A stretch of DNA of 61,786 nucleotides, counting the filler, from Sluysia triapertura (Eukaryota), in assembly GCA_046118255.1 (NCBI GenBank). It is 4 parts of 4 records of this genome, joined end to end, with 100 filler letters (N's around TTAATTAATTAA, not from the genome) between each part and the next. Parts side by side here need not be neighbours in the genome. Positions count along the whole stretch, not along the records: positions 1 to 13,253 come from JBJNIA010049895.1; positions 13,354 to 28,978 come from JBJNIA010000007.1; 2 more parts are not named here. One strand, given 5' to 3'. Position numbers and translations under genes: made by a program. Positions 1-13,843 of this stretch are shown piece after piece. How positions within the stretch are numbered: the stretch's first letter is position 1; the number at the start of each line of letters is the position of its first letter. The notes beneath the pieces were generated by a model. The model worked only from the letters and a program-made list of their open reading frames with translations. It ran no database searches and was not told the DNA's origin.

Positions 1-39
1 TTTTATCGAAATTTTCAAAAGTTGTGCATAAGTAGTATT

Positions 40-1515
40 AGAATTGCTTTTTAGTATGACATTCAGTGAATCAGCTTCCTTTGTGTCTTAGTCCATGCGT
101 CTTATTCTTGTTGGATATTTTTTATACTTTATTGGCATAGTGTCTCTAGGGTTTATTTTTCATCTTACCAGACAATTTATCAGGTGTTGAATTTGAATCA
201 GTAGCTCGTGATGTGGGCTTCATCAGCTTGTAGAGTTAACCATGTCCTCATAATTGGGAAGTGTTTAAATACACTTATTTGAATTATCGTTTTGTTAAAT
301 AGTGTAACTTTCATTACTTATAGTGTTGTCTTTTAGTTGTTTTTCGAAGGATCGAATAATAGGAATTTATTACATTCTGTAATGCATAAAGGTTTCAAAA
401 TATTCTATTTTGTTTTTCTATTGTGGTTTCCAGTCGGTATTATTTCATAATGAATTTTAATTATCATTTTTCTCTCTTTTTTCTTTAAATATCAACAACA
501 CATATTTTAGGCTAAATACTGTTTCCTTTTTTCAGTTGTATGTTAGTTTTTATACTTGTAGGTAATCCTGCATTTTCTCTTATAGTGCTACAAACTCTAG
601 TTTTATATTGTAATAATAATGCATTTTGGATACTATTTACCTAATGCCATTTACCTAAAACTGGATGGAAAACAGACAACATAGTCTCGTAATTTTTTTT
701 ACTTTTTTTTAATTTTACTTTTTTAAATTTTTCTAGATTTATTAAATATCTGGACATCCTTTCACATACAAGTAACCTACATTTTATAATCTTAGTCGCA
801 TTATAAGCTCTAAATGATAGCTTTCCGTTCCAAGGAATCATTCTTTCACCTAAATAAATCTCTCGTTCTGGCGAATAAAATTCCTGAAAATTTGGAATCA
901 TGTGGTTAAAAATAGACTGAATTTTATTCATCTGTCATATTCGTCTTTTATTTGGGTGTTGTCATTGAAGTGCGCGAACGTCCAGATTTGTTTAAGTCTT
1001 GTGTAAGTTATAATTTTTGCAAATATTGATGTTTCTATCAAGAGATCCTTTGTCTAATAGTCTTGAAATGTACTCCTGTTTACCTGCCGCATTAAAATTA
1101 TAAGTCCAAGAAATCTCTTCAATTCTGTTCTGGTAACATAAGTCGACTTTAACGCATTTTTAGAAACTTTATTCTTAGTTACTTATTATGACATGTTCTT
1201 GTTTCATGATACAGATACAATAAGTTATTAAAAAATGCTCAACGATATTTTCAGGAAATCATTGAATTAACGTGATATCTGGATTTCCTTCAAATGATTT
1301 TAACCGTAGTGGTATATAAATATCATCCTACGATTAAATTTCTGGTTTACTGTCAGTATTTTCATTCTCCTGTGATTCAGAAGTATTATCACAATCTGTT
1401 TCCTATAAAATACGTAGGCACTTTTTGTCATATCACAATCACTTGTTAAGTCTGACAATTCATCATAAATTTCGTTTACAAATTCATCAAATTTACCCAT
1501 GACGATAAGAAACAA
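40..1515 (-). mobile_element. Decayed piggyBac (PGBD4-like) transposase
   Basis: ORF 641-931 reads FQEFYSPEREIYLGERMIPWNGKLSFRAYNATK, matching the piggyBac motif YxPxxxISIDESMIPWRGRLSFRQYNPxK. ORF 1300-1515 gives an acidic N-terminal fragment, and C-terminal Cys/His-rich remnants lie near 40-100. Many stops and frameshifts. Confidence 0.85.
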
Positions 1516-1735
1516 AACACAAATTGTACGTCCAATGTATTATTATTTATATATTTTCGCGTTACAAACGAGATACGTTTGTTTTGTCTAGGTGTGGAAT
1601 TATTAATATATTAATAGCATTAATAGTGGAATATATAATAATGTATTCTATATTTAAAATGATATAGTTATTACCACATTAGAAATTCTGAGTTTTTATG
1701 TATTTAAATAAGCACTTAATTTACTTTATTTTAAG

Positions 1736-1999
1736 AAATTTGTGTGGCAAAGCTGTACCAGGTAGTCGAGTAACAATAATAGGTTCGTACAGTATAACTA
1801 ATACTGGTTCGGTCACTGCATCAAATAATCCCAAACTTGGTCAAGATGAGAAAGGAGTTTCATCAGCATACATTAGAGTACTTGGAATAGATATAGAATG
1901 TACAGGAAAGAAGTCTTCTGAAGAAAGTAGCGCGACGTCAGTTGCAAATATTCACATTAAAGAGGATGAGGAAAAAGAATTTCTGGAATTTGCATCTAG
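1736..1999 (+). CDS. MCM5: Internal exon of DNA replication licensing factor MCM5 (OB-fold/linker region)
   Basis: ttttaag|A...TCTAG|gttagt, 264 nt, phase 2/2, no stops. The peptide NLCGKAVPGSRVTIIGSYSI...GVSSAYIRVLGI...EEKEFLEFAS matches MCM5 [20 protein letters not shown]...GIRSSYIRVLGI...EEEEFRRLA. Confidence 0.88.
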
Positions 2000-2900
2000 G
2001 TTAGTATCACATTAAATCAAATTTATCAACACTTTATTAAAACTTTAGTGCGTTTTTGTTTTACTTATTAATACATAAATGTAAAATGCAACATAACATT
2101 TTGATGTTTCTCATGCGAAGTCTATACTTGTTGGGAAACTTTGTGTAATTTAATTAATTTTGACTTATTTTTTAATTACTTAATAATTGACGGGTGAAGT
2201 TATTCACAAACTTATTCAATTTTTATCTAAATATCTCGGGAAAATATTAATAAATCTACTCTAGAGTTATTAATAAAAACAAAAAGATACTTAAAATACT
2301 TAAAACAAAAATATTTATAAGCTTTGTTGGAAACACGAGATATAAAAAGCTTACTAAACTCCTCGAATGAATACATATAAGATTAAGAAATGTGTGAATA
2401 AACTTGATATGGTGAACCACATAGAATACTGTGAGCCAATAACTGCTTTACTATTGATGAAATGGTCGAAACGAAATGGCACGTTGAAAAATATAGGATA
2501 ACTTCATGTTTATCTTTACTGTTACAAATAAAGAATGTGATGTATTTGTTTCATATGTTGAGTTTATGAAATAGAGTTTATTGTAAATGTTTTCATTAAA
2601 CTTATTTTGGATATCTATGGAAACAATTAAAAGAATTAATGCGAGTGTATTTGTTAGATGAATTAGTGAATTAGTTTGAAATTGTGTTTCATAGTAAATT
2701 TTTTATTTGAAATGTTCATTAGTGTACAATGTTATCAACACATTCAATACGATAGAGATTAACACTAAATATTATTTATTCAATTGAAAGATTTTGATTT
2801 TAGGCTTAATGTGAATGATTTTATTGTTAATTTTGTTGAATTAAGATTTTCGGCTCGGTTTTATTCCAACTCGAATACCGAGGATGTTTTCGTCAGTTAC

Positions 2901-4070
2901 CTTATTTTTGAAATTTAAAAATATTTTGGCGCTGTTAACGGAGTTAACTTTAAAAGTCTGAGTTCCCAAAAATCGCAGAAATAAACTAAAACAATAATAG
3001 TGTTAGTACCTCTGATCGTTAATATAGCATCAAAACCAATAGGTGTTTCCCGACGATTGTTATGACGACTTCAGGATCACAAAGTGAAAAAACAGGAATA
3101 ATTTCAACTTAATCAATTCACTTTTCCGATTCGAGTCATGGGTCTCAAATACTTGACTGAACTGAACTTGGCGGTTATAAGGCGTGATAGTTACTTTCTC
3201 TGAAAGTGATATAACTTCATGCTGACTCATATTTAAATAAACTGTGCACAACTAAGCTCCACATTTAAGAAATGATTTAATTGATCTAATAATAATTAAG
3301 GTTGATAAGATTATTTGTGCATTGTTTAATATTTTAAAGTATTATCTGTGCAATGTTTAAGTAGGTTTATAGATCTATATTCATTTCTAGAGTGTCCCAT
3401 CTCTACCCAACTACCTTTATTAAAGTTTCACTTTTATAATAGTAGTATGAGACGAGAATAATTATATACATAAGATAATAATTTTTGTCTATTTATTTTA
3501 CCTTTAGTATTGCATTCAATACATAAAACATTTTGGATTTTTAAGGATATTCAATCCTCTAAATGTAATTTATTTTTTGATTCTACTTCGTTAGTTTTTT
3601 AGTTCTTTGTGACTATTTATGCTTAACATATTTACTTTATGATGATTTACATGTACTTCAGAAGATCCTAAATTTAATGATGCTGATAATCATTGAATTA
3701 GATTTTGATACTCGAAAATTTGTTTAGTATCCTCTAAAATATCCAATGCATATTCTAAGCGAGGTTATTTGATGAAATCTTCAGCCAGAATTAACTGAAA
3801 GTTGTTGCTTCGTTTTCATGATGTTAAAAGAAACATGCAAGAATGTTTTTCATACTTATGAATTACATAAGTACATAGGACTTAGTTTATAATTGGTTTA
3901 CCATCATCATTTTATGCAAACACGAAATCGAAATTGAGGGAAATGGCCACTGCGAATAATTTTAATAATTACATTATGAATACAAATTATTTGTTTCAAG
4001 AAATTATGAGATGATTCAATAAGTTTTGAATAAATATCCGTTCTTTCTGTGGTGGCCAACCCAAACTGTA
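2901..4070 (-). pseudogene. Decayed spliced gene fragments with ultra-short introns, product unknown
   Basis: Coding-like frames (e.g. SLFLRFLGTQTFKVNSVNSAKIFLNFKNK, PRLEYALDILEDTKQIFEYQNLIQ) are separated by GT-AG segments of 24 nt (2986-3009) and 23 nt (3950-3972). They are interrupted by in-frame TAA/TGA and frameshifts. Confidence 0.4.
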
Positions 4071-6596
4071 AGAATTTATTTCATTAATACACAACAAAAG
4101 TCACTCTTCAGAACATAAGACAGATTTATGTTTTTTCTTTGTTACAATTTATGTCATTTTTATTTTTCGCTAAGATATTATTATTATTTTATTATAATTA
4201 TTATTTAATGTTATTTATTGTCATCATTATTTTTAGTAATTAACATTATCAACTAAAAATTTTAATCATTACCCTCATCATTACTAATACTTTTCAGTAT
4301 TTGACTTGCCATTAGTCGACAGGTATTTAAAATCATTTTTGTGTTGCCTTATTAACTGTCGACTGATGACAGTTAATTATATGTCATTATTTTCTTACTG
4401 CTATGCCTTTGGCCTACAATCGATAAGTTGTGTGTCTTTAGAGTTGCATAATGAAAAATTATGAACAATTTCTATTGGATACTAACTCAAATATCCATTG
4501 AAATTACAGAAACAATAAAAATACATTTACATCACATGTCCTATAATTATAAATTTTAGTAGAATACTAATAGTGTCATTAGTGTTGATTTTAAGGTGTC
4601 ACTTATTACAGTGAATTATTTTAAGCGAATATTACATTTTTTTAATCATTAATATTACTATTAATATTTGAATTTTAATCGAATCGAATTTTAATCGAAT
4701 TTTAAGCTTTATCAAGACAAACAATTTTTGCTCCTAACTTTAGTCAACAATATGTACAATTTCAGAATTATAATTATCAGAGAATCTTGTGGCTTACAAC
4801 ATTATAATGATCATTGCGCCACAATTACATATGCAAAGAGAACATTTAATCTTCCAGTGTATATCATCCATATTTTTTGATATAAATGTATTACTCGACT
4901 CTCTGGAGATAGATAAATTAAAATTTAGTTACGTTAATTATTCCATTATGAACAAGCAGACGAATGATTTCAATCTTAATGATAAATATGATTTTTTCAT
5001 ATACTTTAAAAATCGGAACAATTATTTTGTAAAAATAAAATAGTTAATGAAACACTAGTTTTAGATAGAATGGGAGTAAATTCTAATTTAGTGATGCAAA
5101 TATTTTGTTAACTGAAAAATAACAGTTAAATTTTGTATTATTGGAATATTTTTCGAAAATCCTATAAAAAGGATTTATAACAATAGATTTTACCATATCA
5201 GAATTAAATTCTGATAAAAACTTTGCTATAGTAATGATTTTATCAAATTAAAACTATAAAAGTTAGTCGTTAATAATAAAAATTTCTCGAAGAATTTATA
5301 CATCCGTAAATTAAATAACTTAATACAGAAGATATATAAATATTAATAGGTAAGTTACGCTAATTAACTTTCAGTTAATTCTTGAATAAAAATTTAACAA
5401 TATATATTATAAGTTTCAAAGTTTATTACAAAATCTATTTTTCCTCTATTTTGCGTAGATACTTATTGTATCCAAACTTAATATAATAAACTAACGTAAA
5501 TATTTTATATGAAAAATCTGGCCAAGAAGTCCTTTCTGAAAAACAGTTATGCCTCAACGTCCAACTGAAAATTTTACCACGAAATATTTAAAGAATTTGT
5601 ATTAATGTAATTGTCACTTTAAACTATAAAACTTGTGAATTTTTTACCAGATTAAAACAAAAATATTTTAATTAATAGAAATAGTAGAGTTTAATATTAT
5701 ACAGAAATATTAGTTTTTTGATTCCAATTAATTTAATTCCAAATAAAATTTTTTAATTAATTTTACTCCAAAAATCAAAATTAAAATTCAGAAAGGTATT
5801 AATAAATTAATCAATATAAAATTATAAATCAATAATAAAAAGTTCAAATTATATACAACAATTGTTAAAACACATGAATCAATAGTCTAAAACACACAAA
5901 TTATCAATCAATGATTGTTGGTGATTGTGCATATTCAAGAATATGTTTGGTTCATTTCTTGTAAAATAATCGATACCCTTGTGTCGTATTTTCGTTCAGT
6001 AAACATCGTGTAGACAAAATGCATGTGTCCGTAAAATTTTGAATGATCTGACGAATTTCAAAAATAACATTACTATATTGTTCTAGATTAATTAATTTCC
6101 TCATACCACATGTCATTGAGGAAGAATTATATTTTACTCATTTTACTCGTTATTTTGCAATTTTTATTCTAACATCTATATAAAAATTAAAGAATTTTTA
6201 AAATTTGGTTTCGACTAACTATAGAAACCAATTAAATATTTCATCAATTAAACATCATTAGACATAAAAGCGCATATATATACAACATGAAAACGTTTAG
6301 AAAACAAAAAATTTAGCTAGTTAAAAGAACAATAGCAACTATAATGTTAACAATAGTTTTAATAATAATTAAATTGTACAACATTAAATATTATTATTAA
6401 GTGCGAAATATCATAAAGGTTTTGTTTGTGTTTTATGTATGTTATTTGTTGATTTGATATTTTGCATTGATGTTTGCCTATGACTGTGTTTATGATTAGT
6501 GCGATTTGGTCTTGATCTCACCACAGTCATGTTTGAATACTTGAAATTATTTTGTTTTGTTTTTTAATACATTTAAGACTTAAAACATTTTATTAG

Positions 6597-9500
6597 GAGC
6601 TTTATAAATTGTTTTCCAAGATCAAACACTTCTTGGCTGTGTCCAAGAATTACAGATATATGCTGCGGTGAATATGCAGATTGTATTCTGATAGGTGATC
6701 CAGCTCACAGATCTGGTTCGCTATTGTCATCCATGACAGTGGATTCAAATAATGTCATTGCTGAACATTTCCCGGAAGTTTATAATATTGATTTCAGTGA
6801 GGTAGATTATGTTTCCGGGTGAAGTCAAGAAAGAGAAAACCTTGGTGTTTTTACGACATTATTAACTAGCGAGATTAAAATTTTTTAAGATGTATTCTTT
6901 CATTTTCTAAATTAGATGATGATGATTATATTGAATGGTTGGATGATCAATTAAGTAAAATCAACGTAAGTATTTTTAGTTGAATATAATGGAATATTTA
7001 AGTTTGCAGAGGACTTTTTCAAGAAAAGTCATACTAATGAACGATCGAAAGTACTTTTTAAACATAACTCAAAAGTTGAATCTTCTTGAAAAATAAAAAT
7101 TATCAATAGACACTGAAATATGTGAAATGATTGTACAATTATTTTGTCAAAATAAATTCATAAAAATTTGCAATTTAAAATTGTTAAAATGTGAAAGTTT
7201 GCAACTAAATTCATTTCAGATATCTATGAAGTACTTATTACGATAAATAATAAAGATTGCTTATTTTCTACTTATACATAAGGATTAGATTAAAATTATT
7301 TTATTGTTGAATGATTTTGACGAATATGAAATGATCGATACTCCAGATTTAGTTGTTCGTCAGAAGGAGCTCAGATATATAAAGCGAGGACTTTTGCTAG
7401 TGCCTTTCTTTAACTTTTGTAGTTGCAATCATTTTTTGTGATCGTGGATTTAATTAAAAATGTGGAATATATTTGTGATCGTGTTTTAGTAAACTCTTGT
7501 CAATATACTAAATCAAGTGTTTATTTCTTAATTTGTTAACAAAGATTTTAAATTTAAAATTGAAATAAAGTGCCTTAAATAATATATAATAGTAATTAAT
7601 AATAAAATTATATGTGAACATGAAGATTTAAAATATTAAAGATATAAAACCACTTATCCCACCTACACTTATTTTTTATATTTAGATTTTTGTATTCTTC
7701 GGAATTGTTAATGGTGTAATTACTAATTACATTATTACTAATTACAATATCACATATAAGTTGACTGTAATAATGAAATTTAAAATATAAAATTTTTTAA
7801 TTCTCTTATTGAATTCTTTGTAACATTAATTTTTTGTTTAGAAGCCAACTTTCAAGACGATCCAAATATTTCTATGATGAACGAATCAGATGAAGATGTT
7901 CTTTATGGGTTAGTGTTGTAATGTTTTTATAATGTTTTTAACATTAGTTTTGATACATTTAATGCTCTCGAATATTTTCGTCAGGTTCAGTGTTTACAGC
8001 AATCCACATATGTACCAAATTCACATAGCTCGAATAATAACCACATAATCAAAATAAAAAACAATGTAAAACAAATCTAAAACTAAATCAACCGATTTAT
8101 TCCATAACTTCGGTAAAGATCCATTGATCTCAGTTAATTTTCGTTTTTATCAACTACTCGGATCACTATATTTTTTCAAAACAGAAAAGGCATTATCAAT
8201 TGGATTTTAAAGAGAATATATAATTTCTGGTGTTTTAACTTTGCTTCTATATGCTAATGACGTTAATACGTTTGAGCGTCATTGGTTTCGGTTTTATTTT
8301 ACTTTTTAATATTATTCTTCTTGTCACCGGTTCTAAATGTTCGAAATCATCCACCTTTATTTCATCATGTAATGCGTTTCATGTGCACTCGCATCTACTT
8401 AGATGAAGATTGTTTTTGTATTTTGACTTGGTTTTTTGTACTATTATTGAAACATTGATTAATCATGCCTGTTTTAAGCTTCAAAATAAAATTTCGCCGC
8501 ATGACGACCTTCCTTTTAAAAAGAGCACACAAAATTGTATACCCAAAATATAAGTTTAGAGAACCCTCATAAAATTATAAGCTTCTAAACAACTAATTAT
8601 CAAGATATTAATTCGCAATTTAAAAATGTTTTAGATATTCGATTATTTAAAAATGAAAAACAAATTGATAGATACATTTAATATATAATTATTTTTTTAC
8701 AAATTTAAAATACCGGATTAGCTTCACAAAATAACCATATTTGTATTAATAGGATCTGATTGAGTATTCTGCATTTACTTAATTCTTGTATGATTCAGCA
8801 TTTATTTTTACATTGGGTTCAGTTAACAAAGTCATTTGCACTCGTATTCAACCTTATTAGTAATGTTTTCTATCACATCATGGGATATTTGCATGAGCAC
8901 ATGATTCTGTGAAATGTTGCAAAACATTTTTAAGATATTTTAAAATCATCCTGAAAACAAATTTGCAAAACAATTCTCTACGGCCGGTATTTTCATTTTG
9001 AATTATATTGTGTAAAAACTATTGATACTATGAATTAAATTTCTAAATATTAATTTTTAATTCTAGAGATATAGAAGAAACAAAACTATTGAAGATCAAT
9101 CGATAAAAAATACATTTTCCCTATTGGTTTATTGGACTCAATTCAGTTATTTTTTATAACAAAATATATTACTTTTTTGAAGCTACAAATATTTAAATTT
9201 AAAATAATGTGCTTTGCTTTTTAATATATTTAAATCATATGCCATTCTTTTTTGTAAATTATGCGATTAAATATATCAGTACCTTTTAATATTTCATTAG
9301 TCATTAGTAATCACAACTTTATTAGCTCTAAAATTTATTGTAAAGTTTAATGATAACTAAATTTACCAACAAAAAAGCATTATTTGATCAAAATAATAGA
9401 ATTATTATTCATAATAAAATTATTGCAGCTTTTCGTACATGTAACCATAATTACTTGCATAGCAAACTGCATTTTAATTTACCATTCGGGAACGTCATTA

Positions 9501-10902
9501 TTTTATAAAAAATAATGAAGTTGAGAATGGAGTTGCCATAAATTCGAAAATTTATATTGTGAATATACTTGAATATTAAAACAATAAAATTACAAAATTA
9601 TGATATGCTTATTTTATTACAAAAATAATTTATAAGTTATTACATATCAAAAGAAGTAATATTGATTAATATTAATTTTTAGTCAAAAAATTATTAATAA
9701 TAAATTTATTTTAAAATTTAAATGCTTATTTTATATGTAGTGATATTCCAATACTTATAAATTATTAAAATGGAATCAATAATTGAGAGGTTCTATATTT
9801 TTCAAAAATTACTTTTCCTTTTAATAGTGTTTTGGCAGTTTAGTCTATTTTTAATTTCTGGAGTTTTTAATATAATTTTATGGTCTGGATTCAATCCTTT
9901 TTAGGGGATTAACTTTTCTTACAGAACAAAGTTAATATATTGATTAAAAAATTAAATCGAAGTGAACAAAATGAAAATAAAAACTAGTTTAAAATTATAC
10001 AATCGATTATATCATCAATTTGAGTGTGAAATGTTTGCTATAGGAAAGATGCTTCAACATTCTTGTGGTTAAATTATATTGATTAAATTAAATTATAATT
10101 CACTACAAGTCATTCTGATATTGTATTTATTCATTTGTTGGGTTTCGTTAAATCTGAAGTTATAGCTTATGTGGAGTAATGAAGGTAAAATATAAAAGTA
10201 CATTTATTAATTAATTTAATAAAATGTTTAATTTAATAATTGTATCATTATGTTAAAATATTGCGAAGCATGTCAACGCAAAATCTAAAAAACAATTTAT
10301 TGAAATCACCGTTCAACTACGGTTGATGCATGAGTTTTGTATACAAAACTTCCTATAGAAAATAAATTTGGTATTTAATTAGTTTTATGTTTATTTTAAC
10401 TTGACATATTTTTCAATATTTATCAGAATAAATTATCTTCAAATTCTATTAGTTTAGTAATGGTAAGTATTCACCCCAACAGAAGTTACATCCTTTAATT
10501 CAAATCAGAAACAAAACTCAATGTAATAATAAATACAAAAAATTAAATACAAATTAGTCAGCTTTAACCCTATGTAAAAGAGTCAACTAAAAATAATAAA
10601 CAGTTAAAAGAAAGTTAACAATAACTTTTATAATAATGTTAACAACCGGTACAAAAAGCAAACCAGAGTTGACTCAACAAAAATTAAGATTTGACAAATA
10701 ATACTGTGAGAATTGAGATTAAAGACGAATATAATATAGATTATTTTGGATTATTTTCCTTATTCTTATCGTGAATTCTCTTAGATACTGGACTTACTCA
10801 CTCAAGGGCCAGCACATAGATTTGCAGCGTCAATAAAGAAAGTAACACTGGAAGTATGTATATTGATATTTATTCTTGATTTTGCGTGTTTCCTAGTTCT
10901 AG
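6597..10902 (+). CDS. Multi-exon gene of unknown function (about 250 aa recovered; 5' exon not resolved)
   Basis: Phase-consistent GT-AG chain: 6597-6796, 6916-6965, 7003-7050, 7289-7399, 7423-7518, 7686-7713, 7842-7908, 7948-7984, 10785-10853, then a short terminal exon from 10897 (F-stop). Introns include 37, 23, 39 and 43 nt, plus one of 2.8 kb. The spliced frame is open throughout. Confidence 0.65.
8100..8500 (-). mobile_element. Tc1/IS630-type DDE transposase remnant
   Basis: The minus strand gives YSL*NPIDNAFSVLKKY, similar to PYSPxLNPIENxFSxLK. Heavily decayed, and lies in the long intron of the 6597-10902 gene. Confidence 0.45.
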
Positions 10903-11489
10903 ACACTTATTTCAATTGAGTTTTCTCAATTTATTATAATTTAAAGAATAGATATAGTATAATCACTGTTTAAAAATGCAAAGTGTTAATTTAATTATTA
11001 TTTTATTCAAAAATTATCCGAATCAAAATGTTTAAATGATTATCATGACAAATATTTTTAAATGATTATTATTTACTAAAAGACACAAGGAATGTTATAA
11101 ATTATTTATTAAGAAACACAAAATATTAAAAATTCAATTATACAATTTAAATCAATTAAACTTTGGATATAAAATGTTAATTCGTACTCTAGATAAAAAT
11201 ATCAATTAAATTATACAACTTTAGAACAATATGAAATCAAACTTTATGTACAAATTACAAATAAAAATTTTAATAATCGAATGTACTTATACACAAAATT
11301 ATATTAAATTTAGTAATAAAATATCACACAATATTTAGTAATATTAATTTTATAATTAATATTTAATTATCACAATTTATAAAACAAAGTTTATAAAGTT
11401 TATATAAAGAAATTCATATAAAACAATAATCTTTTGTAGCAATTTTAAATTTTATAGAAAAAAATTTAGCTAAATAATTTAATATTTTA

Positions 11490-11870
11490 GAAAAAGAAAT
11501 TACTTGGCCGTTCTATTGGAATAATATTCGAATTAAAGATGATCTACTTTACAGTCTTAACGATAAGCAAAGATAGTTTGAAGTTTTAGTAACAGAAACT
11601 AGATGCAAATATATTTTGGGAATAGTAGACTAATTTTGAATCTAATACTCGAAATTGTTTTTGGTTATTTGCAGAAAAACATTTTCTAATAATACAGTAA
11701 GTTACGACTATTTATTACAGTTCAGAGAAAATTTAAATCGAATAACAGAAATAGTGGAAATAAATATGGATAGAAAAAATGGAACGTATGAAGAAATTAT
11801 ATGAAGCGATATCAAGAGAAAATTTTAGATAATTGGACATACAGTTTTCAAAACCAAATCTGAAAATATA
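11490..11870 (+). mobile_element. Ty3/Gypsy integrase-region remnant
   Basis: Fragments YWNNIRIKDDLLY and DYLLQFRENLNRITEIVEINM...MKKLYEAISRENF resemble Gypsy integrase flanks. Many stops. Confidence 0.35.
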
Positions 11871-11919
11871 ACGTATATAATAATAATAAATTAATATTAA
11901 TCAAAAAAACCTAGAGTAC

Positions 11920-12670
11920 CTAAAATAAATCAATCTTTTAAATGTTGCATGAAATTTTATATATGCTTTATTAATGTTGTACACGTCAATGAGTAAATTG
12001 GAAAGAATACTGACAATTTTGTTAATTTATGAATTCGTATACCATGAATGTATTTCCTCATACATAAATAAAGAAGACCTAGATGTGCAGATTTGAACAA
12101 CAATACGTGTCTCAAAAATTTATGCGTTTCATACTTCGAGAGAAATTTCATGCGAAAATTTAGTGTGAGACAAATATTCAATCCAAATGCATATAATTTT
12201 AAAATGTTTGAATATCTGTATTCAATTACTAGTTTCACGTCTGAAGCCGATTTGTTTCTTAATAACGGTTATATTACTTTACGTTTATTTATACTTAATG
12301 TTTTATATGTGTTGTCATTGTTATTTAATATAAAATTGGTTGTGTGTTTAGTCAATTTGTTAGTATTAAAATTTATAATTTATATTGAAGGTTTTAAGGC
12401 AAACGTTTTAATTTTAAAAGTTAAATTTATATGTTAACTTTTTCAAATTTGAAAAATAATTCTCCACTGAACAATTTTATCAACAAATGTTTCATCACAT
12501 AAGAGTGAAAATTCATCAAAACTGGTAATATTAACTGATGAATTTTTGTAATGCAGGATTCACATCTGTTTCTGACCAATCCATATTGCTTTGAGATAAA
12601 CCGATTTTGTCTATAATTCTTAACAAAAATTGCACAGGGAGTTGTCTGTAAAATCACTTTAAAAGAGCTG
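11920..12670 (-). pseudogene. Spliced (possibly decayed) gene segment, product unknown
   Basis: Exons 12135-12215, 12043-12110 and 11920-12009 join in frame across 24-nt and 33-nt GT-AG introns, with a 23-nt intron upstream at 12216-12238. One acceptor is a rare GAG. The segment 12430-12670 is coding-like but appears frameshifted. Confidence 0.33.
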
Positions 12671-13253
12671 AATAGAAATAGAATTCAAATAGGTGTTTCC
12701 TAGAAAAAAATCTCCCAAAATATTTAGCAATGAATTATGCGATTAGTATTAAAATTTATGAAAATTACGAGGGATGTATCCCACAAAATTATTAAAAAAA
12801 TCAAATTCAAATAAAATTTATCCCTTAATTTAAATAAAATAAAATTACACTACAAAATATTTACCGCCTACATGGATCTTCGTATCACTAGCGGGTCATT
12901 ACTACTATTGTGTTGTAAAAATTTATAAATCTTTATTTTATACTCTCATCATCAAATCAATTCACAAATCTCACAACCAAACATTCTCTTTGAGAATCAA
13001 ACTGACAATAACAACCTTGTCAACTACATGGTACGGTCTGTCAAAATCTATTAGGTACAAAACATAGAAATCTGATTTATTATCAACCATTATTTCCTTT
13101 TACTCTACTCAACTTATTTTTACTTAAATTACTTCTCACATTAAAATAACAATCAGCAATACTGTTAACATACATGAAAATAATGAATTTAATTTCACTT
13201 TCTATTATTTAATTAATTTTCTATTTTTCACACCCAATTTTCTAATGAAAAAT

Positions 13254-13353
13254 NNNNNNNNNNNNNNNNNNNNNNNNNNNNNNNNNNNNNNNNNNNNTTA
13301 ATTAATTAANNNNNNNNNNNNNNNNNNNNNNNNNNNNNNNNNNNNNNNNNNNN
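13254..13353. other. Artificial scaffold-joining spacer (N44-TTAATTAATTAA-N44)
   Basis: Exactly 100 nt; the central 12-mer gives stops in all six frames. The same spacer occurs three times in the window. Confidence 0.95.
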
Positions 13354-13371
13354 ATAGTAATAATAATAATA

Positions 13372-13430
<59 letters not shown>

Positions 13431-13843
13431 GTAGTAGTAATATAACAATAAAATAATAGTGACTAATTGGGACAAAGGACAAATATTGACGAATAAAACC
13501 TTTAAAAACGATTACATACACATAATATATCGCAGAACTGTATGAAATTGTGGGCTCATTGCCATCAATGTACAAAGTATAGCTCCTGCTTTGTTTATAA
13601 GACACAATGTTTCAATTGCAACAATTATAAAATGCAATTTAAAAAAAGTATAATTTTTGTTCAATAATATTTCAAGAAAAATGTATAAAGCAAATTTTTC
13701 ATTTTATTTGATTTTACAAACGAAAACCAATGATAATTAAATTACTTTTGTAATAAACGAGCAAAATGGAAACATTTTTGAGAAACATCTAAAAGTTCTG
13801 CACCATATGTATGTATATGTAGAACCATATATAAAATCACATT

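Noticed and set aside
13298-13309. TTAATTAATTAA islands inside N runs (also 29023-29034 and 47990-48001) as biological motifs such as piggyBac target sites or elimination signals
   Set aside because: Identical 44N-12-44N layout with six-frame stops; this is an assembly linker, so adjacency across it is meaningless.
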